Counted from the stretch's first letter, positions 27,762-35,838 are shown. The stretch is 44,471 nt of DNA from a virus (IMGVR_UViG_3300037465_000103:1-44471); one strand, 5' to 3'. Notes: generated from the letters alone by a model not told the origin. Program-made: numbers and translations.

Positions 27762-28105
27762 TCGTCTCCGGTGAAGGCGCGCGTGATGCGCGGTGTGAAG
27801 GCAGGCTGCAGGCGACCCGTCTGATCTTGCTCACGCCCTGAGCGTTCCATTCGATCAATGTCCGATTGAAGCGTCTGGATGGCTTCGGCGCGGATCGTCG
27901 TTTCACGTAGGAACGTGGCTTCAAGCGCTCTTTTCTCCGCCTTGAGTTTGAGGATTTGGGCGTTGATTTTGCCGAGCGCCTTTTCGTGCGCCGCCTGCGC
28001 CATCGCATCGCGGTCGCGCAGTTCGTGGATTTGCAGCCGGGAGAGATAGAGCGCCTGCTCTGTCGGCGTGAGCAGACCCAACTTACGTTTAAGCCATTCC
28101 CACAC
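27758..28105 (-). CDS. Coiled-coil hypothetical protein, first gene of the late operon
   Basis: 115 aa with AAGGAG RBS, overlapping the next start. Confidence 0.65.
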   Translation of the reverse strand: MWEWLKRKLGLLTPTEQALYLSRLQIHELRDRDAMAQAAHEKALGKINAQILKLKAEKRALEATFLRETTIRAEAIQTLQSDIDRMERSGREQDQTGRLQPAFTPRITRAFTGDD

Positions 28106-28268
28106 TTGCTTCTCCTTGCCAGTGAAAAACAGCGTGGGCGTCGTCCGCCCGCGCCCATCAAGATTTCCAAAGACACTCTTACCTCACTAAAAGAGTGTAA
28201 CACTCTCTGATGCATCTTGTATAGTGAGATGTGGCAGGCCGCCGGGATGATAAAGCCGTATTTATGTG

Positions 28269-28296
28269 TTGACATCAGAGCGGTGAGTCACATAAT
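28269..28296 (+). promoter_or_regulatory. Sigma70-like promoter for the Kelch gene
   Basis: TTGACA-N16-CATAAT in an intergenic AT-rich region. Confidence 0.6.
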
Positions 28297-28444
28297 AGCC
28301 GCCGACACACACGCCGGCCCTCAACCTTGATAAAAAAAAGAATAAGCAACTACTGCGGCGACGCCTTTCGCCAAGCACGCCTGCCCGTCACAGTTCCCCG
28401 ATAGTTTCATCCACAGTCCCCCGATCAACAGAAAGGAAATCCAG

Positions 28445-29038
28445 ATGCATCACCATTCAGCCAGGATCGCGGCCCTATCCGCCATCTTCATCGCTCTTGC
28501 TCTTGCAGCGCTCTCTGCCGCCGACGCTCAGCAACAGTTATCAGCAAAATGGTCAAACACCGTCAGTTCATCGAGGTATCTTCACGGAACCTACACAAGG
28601 CTGCATAACGGCAGCGTGCTTGCTGTCGGAGGCTCCGTCGCCCCGACGGCTGAGGAAGCCAGAAGCGCGGAGATTTACAATCCAACCACGGGCGTATGGC
28701 GAGAGACCTCGCCGATGAATTACCAGAGACAATTCCACGAAGCTCACCTGTTGCCGGACGGCAGGGCGCTGGTCATCGGCGGCTATACGCCGAACGTCGG
28801 CCCCGCGCCTGTCTACGCCGGCCCGCCGGAGGTCTTCGATCCCGCGACCGGGAAGGTGAGAGTCGCATTGATCAAAAGCTTGGTAAATCTCATATTCATA
28901 AACCTTCTCCTTCTTGTAGCAGCAACATCAAATGATGTTGCCTATTTATGCGCGATTCGGCCCAGCGCGCAGCCGGGGCCGCGTTCAAAGTCAAGATGGC
29001 CGGAACGCCGATGCGATCCGGTCAAGTGTGCTTGTTAA
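28445..29038 (+). pseudogene. Truncated secreted Kelch-repeat protein
   Basis: Signal peptide then two Kelch repeats (L.NGSVLAVGG...AEIYNP.TG.W and LLPDGRALVIGG...EVFDPATGK). Similarity stops near 28856. Confidence 0.75.
28922..28941. promoter_or_regulatory. Operator family A, perfect copy GCAACATC-AAAT-GATGTTGC
   Basis: Palindrome recurring at 33842, 33984, 35010, 37044, 38766, 39804 and 21374. Confidence 0.7.
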
Positions 29039-29383
29039 GTGATTGTCCCCATTCGCCCTCGCGACTCCCTACGTCTTAGAGGACTGAGGAGTTACCGAAC
29101 GGGGCGTCCGGCAACTCCTCTTTGGGACGTATGGAGTTGTTGATCATTGGTGATCTGCTGACGAATCTAGGGTAGCAAATGATGTGACATTCCGCAACAG
29201 AATAATATACAATCAAGACTGAGGCGAGAAACGCCCCTGCCCGCGCTACTGCGAGGCGGCGCGGGCAGGGGCCAACCATCAACCGCATCGAGCGCGGCCA
29301 ATGGCTGTTAGTCCGATTCTGATTGACTCGTTTTAGGAAGTCCAGCCTTGACTACGCTCATCACTCAACCGAGGAGATGAGAT

Positions 29384-30175
29384 ATGAATTCCGGGAAAAA
29401 GGAATCCCTGCTCTCACAGCGCGGCCAGATGGCGTTCTGGGCGATTGGCCTGTGGGTCTTTCTGGCGGCGTGGTCGCTGTCTGCCTTCTGGCAGCACATT
29501 GACACGCTAAAACCGACGTATCAGTTCGCGGCGAAGTGCGGCGCGGGCGGCGGGGAATTTGCCCTGCTCGCCTTCATCATCCTTCACTGCTTCAACAAGC
29601 ACATCGGCGTCCGCAAATGGGCGCTGATTCTCGGCTTCGTGCTGGCCGCCGTGATCGCGGCGCATTCCGGCGCGCTGCGTGGCTTGAACGAGTCCGAAGT
29701 GCGGCAGGCTGATACGGAGCAGCGTCTGGCGGAAACGCTCACGCAGATGAGCGCAGAGCAGAGCGGCAATGTCGCCGCGACGAGCGCGAAGACTGGCGAG
29801 AACCGCAGCCAGCGCGAAAGGCTGGCACTGGCTTTGTTAGCCAGTGCGCAGCAGGGGAAGATTGCGGCGAGCGCCCAGGAGATCGTCGCCAAGGAGATCG
29901 CGGGCAGGTCTGAGAAGATCAAAGATGACTCGATCTTCCCGCGCTGGTACCTGGATGGGTGGATGTATTCCGTGATCTTCATCCTGGCGCTCGCCTTCTC
30001 AGCCTGGGTTTTCTACTGCATGATGAACCGCGAGGATATTGACGCGGACTTCGACGGCGTGCCGGATCATCAGGCAGGGCAGGGAAGCGGACGGCAGATC
30101 GGGCCGGGTTTTCGCTCCGCTTCGACGGTTGCCGCATCCGCGCCGACTCAGGACAGGCAACACCCAAAAGACTGA
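29384..30175 (+). CDS. Membrane protein (3 N-terminal TM, coiled coil, 1 further TM); short form of a probable -1 frameshift gene
   Basis: 263 aa with GAGGAG RBS. Ends CAC CCA AAA GAC TGA. Confidence 0.8.
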   Translation: MNSGKKESLLSQRGQMAFWAIGLWVFLAAWSLSAFWQHIDTLKPTYQFAAKCGAGGGEFALLAFIILHCFNKHIGVRKWALILGFVLAAVIAAHSGALRGLNESEVRQADTEQRLAETLTQMSAEQSGNVAATSAKTGENRSQRERLALALLASAQQGKIAASAQEIVAKEIAGRSEKIKDDSIFPRWYLDGWMYSVIFILALAFSAWVFYCMMNREDIDADFDGVPDHQAGQGSGRQIGPGFRSASTVAASAPTQDRQHPKD

Positions 30176-30231
30176 CGCCCCAGACGCAGGGCGCCGGCGG
30201 GGAAGAGGAGATCGCCTACCCGCCGCGTCTG
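30163..30231 (+). other. Programmed -1 frameshift signal: C CCA AAA plus H-type pseudoknot
   Basis: Slippery heptamer 30163-30169 and 6-nt spacer. Stem 1 CGCCC (30176-80)/GGGCG (30189-93). Loop CAGACGC pairs with GCGTCTG (30225-31). Confidence 0.7.
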
Positions 30232-30906
30232 GCGGCGGAACCTGCCGACAACGCAAAAGGGAAGACCTATGAGCAAGTCGAAAACACCAATGACCGCGCA
30301 AGAGCGGGCAGCGGAGATGTTCGGCCCGGAGCGACTGGCCAATTGGATCAGGCCGGCGCTGGGGCTGGGGCTGGTAATCATCGGCAGTCTGTCGCTGCTA
30401 GCGGTGATGAGGCGGGGCTGAATGGGCAGACTGAGTACTCAGTCTCGCTCGCTGAGTGCGCTGTCGAATCGGGCGCTTGCCGCTCAGCGCCGCCAGTCAG
30501 TCAAACCTCAAATGACCACTCAGTCACACCGCAGACTGAGTACTCAGTCTCGACTCAGACTGAGTACTCAGTCTCCGGTGAGCCGCGCGAAACCGCCGGA
30601 GCACAACTTTATGACCTCGCGGAGTTTAGAGCCAGGCTGAGTACTCAGTCTGCCGCTGTCTATGATAAGAAAAAGTGGAAGCGCAGCCGGGAGCGTCCGG
30701 GCTTCCTGATCAAACGAATTCGCGGCTATAATGCCGTCGAAGATAAGTACGGAGTTTCTTATCTTTACGTACTCAGTCGGAAGCCAGACCGCATGTCAGG
30801 CGACTATTCAGTCTATCCGTTCGCAGGATTTTTCAACTGGCAGGCCCTGGAACTGAGCGGTTTGCTCGTTAAGGAGAGGAAGCAATATGCAAAACGCCAA
30901 CGCTGA
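30163..30906 (+). CDS. -1 frame extension: disordered linker with palindromic repeats and a basic/aromatic C-terminal domain
   Basis: The frame of ORF 30343..30906 is open back to the slippery site. Its only annotated start is a TTG with no clear RBS. Confidence 0.65.
   Translation, partial: PKRLTPQTQGAGGEEEIAYPPRLAAEPADNAKGKTYEQVENTNDRARAGSGDVRPGATGQLDQAGAGAGAGNHRQSVAASGDEAGLNGQTEYSVSLAECAVESGACRSAPPVSQTSNDHSVTPQTEYSVSTQTEYSVSGEPRETAGAQLYDLAEFRARLSTQSAAVYDKKKWKRSRERPGFLIKRIRGYNAVEDKYGVSYLYVLSRKPDRMSGDYSVYPFAGFFNWQALELSGLLVKERKQYAKRQR
30269..30421 (+). CDS. Nested 50-aa peptide with C-terminal TM helix
   Basis: MSKSKTPMTAQERAAEMFGPERLANWIRPALGLGLVIIGSLSLLAVMRRG, purine-rich AAAGGGAAG upstream. 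Overlaps the -1 frame. Confidence 0.4.
   Translation: MSKSKTPMTAQERAAEMFGPERLANWIRPALGLGLVIIGSLSLLAVMRRG
30428..30651. repeat. Cluster of 18-bp palindromes AGACTGAGTACTCAGTCT
   Basis: Perfect copies at 30428, 30533 and 30557, a one-mismatch copy at 30634, and half sites at 30518 and 30769. Confidence 0.92.
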
Positions 30907-31135
30907 ACTATCCGAGTCGGCGACCATCGCGCTCGCTCATCTGGGGATGCTCTCTCAGATCGCCAATGGAACCCACAGGCCGCAGCCCGGTGAAATTGAC
31001 AAGCGAACGGCGCTGATCGTGTCATTCATCCGTACCGGTCAATGCGTTGCTTCGGATGAGGATCGGGCGATGGTCCAAGCCATCAAGGAATTCACCAAAC
31101 AGCCAGAGGCGCCCAAGCGTGAGGCTGTAGGTTAA
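30887..31135 (+). CDS. Hypothetical protein
   Basis: 82 aa with AAGGAGAGG RBS, overlapping the preceding frame. Confidence 0.65.
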   Translation: MQNANAELSESATIALAHLGMLSQIANGTHRPQPGEIDKRTALIVSFIRTGQCVASDEDRAMVQAIKEFTKQPEAPKREAVG

Positions 31136-31159
31136 GGAACGCCGAACGCGCGCGACCCC

Positions 31160-31187
31160 TTGCCATCTAAAACAGCAAGCGTATAAT
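31160..31187 (+). promoter_or_regulatory. Sigma70-like promoter
   Basis: TTGCCA-N16-TATAAT. Confidence 0.55.
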
Positions 31188-31193
31188 CCAATC

Positions 31194-31303
31194 AATTCGC
31201 ATCGGTTAATACCCTAATGGCTGAGGACGATGCGGAACGGCGGAGCGAAAGCGCCGCCACAGATGTAAAAAAGCCGGCCAGTTTAACCACCGGTCGGCTT
31301 TTT
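31194..31303 (+). ncRNA. Candidate ~110-nt small RNA
   Basis: Promoter upstream, hairpins CGCATCG/CGATGCG and GGCGGAGC-GAAA-GCGCCGCC, then a terminator. Confidence 0.45.
31267..31303. terminator. Bidirectional intrinsic terminator
   Basis: AAAAAAGCCGGCC...GGTCGGCTTTTT between convergent transcription units. Confidence 0.8.
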
Positions 31304-31312
31304 AATTTCGCC

Positions 31313-32665
31313 CTATTCATCCCGCCGCCACGCCAATTCCTCAAACCGCGAAAACTCCCGCGCGAATCGCAAATTGAACCGCCCCAACGGCCCATTCCTC
31401 TGCTTCGCTTGAATGAACTGAATGATCGAATCCTCGCGCTTCCCGTGGAGAAACCAGACCAGATCAGCGACGAATTCCAAATCGCCGCTCTCTCGCAAAT
31501 CTCTCAATGTCGGCTCGTGATCTTCAGCCTCACGTCCCAGCGCGCAGACCGCAATCACCGGACAGCCGAAGTCCTTACCCATCGCCTTCAGGTCTTCGGC
31601 GATCAGTCCAAGCTGGCGATACCTCTGCTCGCCTCGCGCCGTTGATCGAATGATTTGCAGGTAGTCCACGATCAGTAGGTCGAGACGGCCAGCGCGTTCA
31701 CGCAGTCGCCGCGCCAGCGCGCGCATCTCGGTCGTATTCAAGCCCGCCCTATCTTCGAGGAAGATGCGCCCCGGATCCTCCAGGCTCAAGACGCTGGCCA
31801 GCGACCGCCAGTCTTCCTTGCGAAGTGGCCTTGTGCGGAAGACGGCTGAGTCAACCGAACTGCGCATCGCCAGGTAGCGCCCGACGTATTCTTCCGCGCT
31901 CATTTCGAGCGAGAAGATGCCGATCACCGCGCCAGTGTTGTAGGGATCGCGCGCGGCGCCGTCGGCCAGGTTGAGAGCGAATGCAGATTTTCCAGCAGAC
32001 GGTCTTGCGGCCAGGATAGTGAGCGTTCCCGATTGCAGGCCGCCGGTTATATTGTCGAGCTTGGTGAAGCCGGTAGCGAGACCGGTCAAGGGGCGATCCT
32101 GTTGAGCGAGCGTTTCCAGTTTCGTCAGGTACGCGTCGCCCAATTCGGCCATTGATTGCCAGCGATCTTTCCGGCCCACCGGCTGAAGCGCCATTACCTC
32201 GCGCTGCGCCTTGTCGAGCAACTCATCCGCCGTATGCTCGCTGCGGACGGCCAGATGCATATACTCGTTGAAGACAGAAACCATTCGCCGGCGAAGACTC
32301 GCTTCGGCGACGATCCGGCAGTAATTTTCGATGTGGGAGAAGCGCGGCACTCCGTCGAAGAGGGAAGCGAGATAGGCGGGGCCGCCTGCGCGCTCCAATT
32401 GGCCGCGCTGTCGCAATTCCGCCTGAACCGTGAGGGGATCAATCGCGCGATTCTGCCGCGCAAGCCCCACCATCACGTCATAGATGGCGAGGTTACTGGT
32501 AAGGAAGAAATCTTCAGGCGTCAACCACTCCTCAGCGACCTTGATCAAGCCGTTGTCGAGCAGGATGCAGCCCAGGATCAGCCGCTCCGCATCGAGGTTT
32601 TGCGGCAGAGGGTATTTCAGCAGCAGATCATCATCGTAGATTGGTTGATCGAAGGGTTCGTCCAT
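31313..32665 (-). CDS. dnaB: Replicative DNA helicase DnaB
   Basis: N-terminal P.N.DAE..ILG, AARPSAGKSA, FSLEMS, IVDYLQ, DLRESGDLE and KQRNGP motifs. AGGAG RBS before ATG 32665. Confidence 0.95.
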   Translation of the reverse strand: MDEPFDQPIYDDDLLLKYPLPQNLDAERLILGCILLDNGLIKVAEEWLTPEDFFLTSNLAIYDVMVGLARQNRAIDPLTVQAELRQRGQLERAGGPAYLASLFDGVPRFSHIENYCRIVAEASLRRRMVSVFNEYMHLAVRSEHTADELLDKAQREVMALQPVGRKDRWQSMAELGDAYLTKLETLAQQDRPLTGLATGFTKLDNITGGLQSGTLTILAARPSAGKSAFALNLADGAARDPYNTGAVIGIFSLEMSAEEYVGRYLAMRSSVDSAVFRTRPLRKEDWRSLASVLSLEDPGRIFLEDRAGLNTTEMRALARRLRERAGRLDLLIVDYLQIIRSTARGEQRYRQLGLIAEDLKAMGKDFGCPVIAVCALGREAEDHEPTLRDLRESGDLEFVADLVWFLHGKREDSIIQFIQAKQRNGPLGRFNLRFAREFSRFEELAWRRDE

Positions 32666-32685
32666 AACAACTCCTGTCGGCCCTG

Positions 32686-33564
32686 TCAGTTCAAGCGGCC
32701 AGTTCCATCGCAGGTCTCGCATTTAATACCGTAACTGCGCTTGCCTCCGATGATCTTCATCACCGTCTTCGCGCCGCCGCATTCGGGGCAGTATTGCGGG
32801 GCGGGGGATTGAGCGCTGTTCCTGTCACGCTGACGCGCTGCGAGCCACGCTCCGAAATCCTCGGCGATGAATGCGATTTTGAATGATCGTTTGGATTCGG
32901 AGGTCACATACTCGCGGAGGAGTTCAACTGAGCCACCGATGCTGGCGATGGCGACAGCGGCGCGCTCAAGTTTCAGGGCGGAGCCGTTGACCGGAGCGAC
33001 GCCACAGACTTTACTTAGTTCGGCTTTGAGGATTTCATCGGGTAGAGGTTCGGAGAAATCATCAACCGGACTGGAAGGTAAAGGGGGCTTGTTTCCCCTT
33101 TTTTCTTCTACATGGTTTTCTTCCTTCCTTATAGGTTGTCCATTTTTTGAACAGCAGTGATGTCCATTTTTTGAACAGCAGTGATGTCCATTTTTTGAAC
33201 CACAGGGCGCGGCGTCGAAAGGTTCCCATTCGATCCTGACGGCTCGATTAAGCCCGTAACTTTTCGGCGACCACTGGTCGTCTCCCTCGTATTCGATAAT
33301 CAACGGCGCCGGTCGGTCGTCTTGCGTGAAGGATCGCAACTCCTTCAGACCTTCAATGACCGTCGTGCGGCTCTTGATCCCGGAGAGGTCGGCGATAGTC
33401 GCCAGACTGAGGCGGCATACCTCGCGTTGCCACCCTTTAGTTTGCCGGACGATGAAGCAAAGGATCGTCCACGATGTCGGCTTGATCTGTGGCATTACCA
33501 CATCCAGCAGCGCGTTGTGAATCTCCGTGTAATAGCCTTGATGCTTGAATGGGGCTACTTGCAT
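32686..33564 (-). CDS. Phage replication initiator (lambda O-like)
   Basis: YTEI.N.LLD and I.RQT.GW...SL..IA..SG wHTH N-terminus, internal iterons, upstream of dnaB. AAGGAGG RBS. Confidence 0.8.
   Translation of the reverse strand: MQVAPFKHQGYYTEIHNALLDVVMPQIKPTSWTILCFIVRQTKGWQREVCRLSLATIADLSGIKSRTTVIEGLKELRSFTQDDRPAPLIIEYEGDDQWSPKSYGLNRAVRIEWEPFDAAPCGSKNGHHCCSKNGHHCCSKNGQPIRKEENHVEEKRGNKPPLPSSPVDDFSEPLPDEILKAELSKVCGVAPVNGSALKLERAAVAIASIGGSVELLREYVTSESKRSFKIAFIAEDFGAWLAARQRDRNSAQSPAPQYCPECGGAKTVMKIIGGKRSYGIKCETCDGTGRLN
33137..33200. repeat. Iteron-like tandem repeats (probable replication origin)
   Basis: 24-bp unit TGTCCATTTTTTGAACAGCAGTGA twice plus a 16-bp third copy, next to an A/T-skewed tract inside the initiator gene. 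Confidence 0.8.
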
Positions 33565-33581
33565 GTCGTGCCTCCTTCGCT

Positions 33582-33824
33582 TCAATCTTCGGTTGATTCT
33601 TCTGGCTCGTCGGTGTCTGGAATCGAAACCACAACCGGACGCCGTTTCAGGTGACGATCCGCGATGTCCACGTTCTGCGGCAACCGCCAGTTATCGCCCA
33701 TATATGCGCGCGACGCGCAGAGCAGTTGCCGCTCCTGCATCTGCAACAGAAACCGCTCGACGTTCACGCTCGCGGAGATTCGAGAGAAATTCGGATAGGT
33801 CACTTCTGACCGTGGATTGTGCAT
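33582..33824 (-). CDS. Hypothetical protein
   Basis: 80 aa with AGGGAG RBS, first gene of the replication operon. Confidence 0.55.
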   Translation of the reverse strand: MHNPRSEVTYPNFSRISASVNVERFLLQMQERQLLCASRAYMGDNWRLPQNVDIADRHLKRRPVVVSIPDTDEPEESTED

Positions 33825-34038
33825 GATCAACTCCCTGTTATAAAGCATCAAATGATGCTACGTCCCGCGCCCAAAAAAGAGGGCGCATAGTCGCGTCCCG
33901 CAATTGCATGTATCTACGCCCAAGCGCGCGCGCCTGTCAATAGCCTTTCTCCGATTTTTCAGGATAAAATAGCTTTTACACGGGCAACCTTTTTTGATGT
34001 TGCGGGTTAAGCAGTCAAAGAGAGGCGGGCAACAAACG

Positions 34039-34527
34039 ATGCGACAAGAACAAGCGATGGTAGGCCAGTATCTGGCGAAGCGAGACTTGCATCCGAATCC
34101 GACCGCGCGCAGGCCCGCGCAGGATGAACTGCGCCAGCTCGCGGATCGAGCGCGACTGCTCGCCGAAAGCCATGGCGACCTGACGGACGTGGCTATTGAT
34201 CTAGCCGCGCTGCTCTATCAGATCAACGCCGTCGCCAGCTTGAACGGCATTGATCTTGAGCCGTTCGTGGATTGTGAGCATTCATTTCAACTCGGATCGC
34301 GACTCGACCTCGCGCAATTGCAAACTGATGTCGCACTGATGACCGCAGTGAGCGAGAAAGAGCAGATTCAACGCCTGCTCGACCGTGATGACCTCGGCCC
34401 GGATGAGCGCGGCCAGGTCGAAACCTGCGCCCATCTCCATCGCGCCGGAATCCCCCTGCGCTGGCCGCAACGCGTGGCGCTCGCGCGGATCGAAAGCGTC
34501 TGTGTACCACGCGCGGCAGGAGCGTGA
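34039..34527 (+). CDS. Degenerate MazG/PRA-PH-like protein
   Basis: DLTDVAIDLAALLYQ...GIDLEPFVDCEHS resembles the all-alpha NTP pyrophosphatase helix pair but lacks several acidic residues. Confidence 0.4.
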   Translation: MRQEQAMVGQYLAKRDLHPNPTARRPAQDELRQLADRARLLAESHGDLTDVAIDLAALLYQINAVASLNGIDLEPFVDCEHSFQLGSRLDLAQLQTDVALMTAVSEKEQIQRLLDRDDLGPDERGQVETCAHLHRAGIPLRWPQRVALARIESVCVPRAAGA

Positions 34528-34566
34528 CGGCGCCATCACCGTTCGGAGGACTTCGCTATTTCTCTC

Positions 34567-34595
34567 TTGAAACGATTACGCGGCTTGCGTATTTT
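34567..34595 (+). promoter_or_regulatory. Promoter for leaderless HTH gene with operator family B
   Basis: TTGAAA-N17-TATTTT with ATG 6 nt downstream. TACGC-GGCTT-GCGTA at 34577-34591. Confidence 0.6.
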
Positions 34596-34601
34596 AGAAG
34601 T

Positions 34602-34904
34602 ATGACTCCGAATGAACTGACAGAACTGAGGGGGCGCATTTTCCACACGCAGCGCGAGTTCGCTGAACTGCTCGCCGAACTGCGCGGCGCTAACGTGTCC
34701 GTGCGCACGGTGGAGGGCTGGGAGGCGGGCAGGCGAGAACGGGCAATCCCGATCTATCTGACCGACGTGGCCGTGATCCGGCAGGCGACAAGGCCGATAG
34801 GGCGGCAATGCGAGCAGTGCGACGATGGCGCGGTTGTGCGGAAGAAGGATTTGGATTTATGCGCCGACTGCGCTGCGCCTTATCACAACGGCGGGCGCGG
34901 TTGA
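34602..34904 (+). CDS. XRE/Cro-type HTH regulator with C-terminal Zn finger
   Basis: MTPNEL..LR....TQ.EFAELL...VSVRTVEGWEAGRR, then CEQC and CADC. Confidence 0.8.
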   Translation: MTPNELTELRGRIFHTQREFAELLAELRGANVSVRTVEGWEAGRRERAIPIYLTDVAVIRQATRPIGRQCEQCDDGAVVRKKDLDLCADCAAPYHNGGRG

Positions 34905-34979
34905 TCTGGTTGCCCTTCCCCTTGCCCGCCTTCGATTTACCCGCCTGAACATTTTTTGATACAAAATGCATCTTCACGC

Positions 34980-35029
34980 TTGACACGGTACGCAATCGAC
35001 GTATGATGCGCAGCATCAAATGATGTTGC
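34980..35029 (+). promoter_or_regulatory. Early promoter with both operator families
   Basis: TTGACA-N16-TATGAT. Family B site at 34989-35003 and family A site at 35010-35029. Confidence 0.75.
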
Positions 35030-35082
35030 GGCTTGGGGACGGGCCGCGAGCTTTCACAAACAGTAAACAAGGAGTTGAAACA

Positions 35083-35463
35083 ATGTGTCAGAAAGCAAGA
35101 GTCGCAAAAGCCCCTTTCACTTCTCAAGTTTCGACGGGGACGACCTGGATCAATGACGCTGATGGCCTGCCAGTCGCAGTGGTAGCGGCGCCGCGCGAAG
35201 ACGCGCGCGGGCCGCTCAGTGTCAACGAGATGAAGCAGTGGATCGCCGATAACACGGCGTTGTTCGTCGCGGCGCCAGCGATGGTTCGATACATCCGCGC
35301 CAAAGTGATCGCGGCGGTTTATCACGGCGACGATCAAGAGGATTGCTTGCTCGCGCTGTCGTTGCTGGCTGATGCGTCCAACACATCAGTCGAATTTGAA
35401 TGGGAGCAAATCCGGCGCGCGATTGAGAGTGAACGGCAGGCCAACTTGAAGCGCGCCGCGTAA
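35083..35463 (+). CDS. Hypothetical early protein
   Basis: AAGGAG RBS before ATG 35083, N..LFVAAP.M motif. Confidence 0.65.
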   Translation: MCQKARVAKAPFTSQVSTGTTWINDADGLPVAVVAAPREDARGPLSVNEMKQWIADNTALFVAAPAMVRYIRAKVIAAVYHGDDQEDCLLALSLLADASNTSVEFEWEQIRRAIESERQANLKRAA

Positions 35464-35538
35464 GTGATACGTGAAAGCGGGAGCGATTGCCCAATGAGTT
35501 CAATCGTTCCCGCTCAGTAACACACAAAGGGGGACATT

Positions 35539-35838
35539 ATGGAGTTGACGAAAGAGACAATAGGCAATGAGACCGCGACGCTCTGGGCTTGTGGCCGGAC
35601 GCTGGCGGAGGCCGGCAAATCGCTGGTGATCGGCAGGCTGATCCGGCGCGGGGCGACAACCGACCGGCTTGAAATCGGCGCCGATCAATTCGAGATACCA
35701 AGCCATCTCTGGATATTCGCGTTCCGCGAAGATGCCCGCGCCGTGGCTTATGGCCAGGAGAGGATGCTGGCCATCAACACGGAATTCCTGCGGCTGATCG
35801 GCGTCAGCGCCTCAATGCCGGTACCGCACGAAGATTGA
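35539..35838 (+). CDS. Hypothetical protein
   Basis: 99 aa with AAGGGGG RBS. Confidence 0.6.
   Translation: MELTKETIGNETATLWACGRTLAEAGKSLVIGRLIRRGATTDRLEIGADQFEIPSHLWIFAFREDARAVAYGQERMLAINTEFLRLIGVSASMPVPHED

Noticed and set aside
25744-28105. Complete lysis cassette
   Set aside because: Holin-like and lipoprotein genes are present but no recognisable endolysin. It may lie outside the window, so its absence is not claimed as a finding.
30428-30651. Palindrome cluster as a CRISPR array
   Set aside because: Units are 18 bp with irregular spacing (6 to about 87 bp) and lack CRISPR-type ends.
31221-31250. CTGAGGA...GAAA as a hammerhead ribozyme core
   Set aside because: Stem II closing pair and stems I/III cannot be formed.
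31217-31645. 142-aa + strand ORF
   Set aside because: Crosses a terminator and runs antisense to dnaB, with no RBS.
33137-33200. 24-bp tandem repeats as CRISPR or a novel repeat system
   Set aside because: No spacers. Position within the initiator gene fits ordinary iterons.
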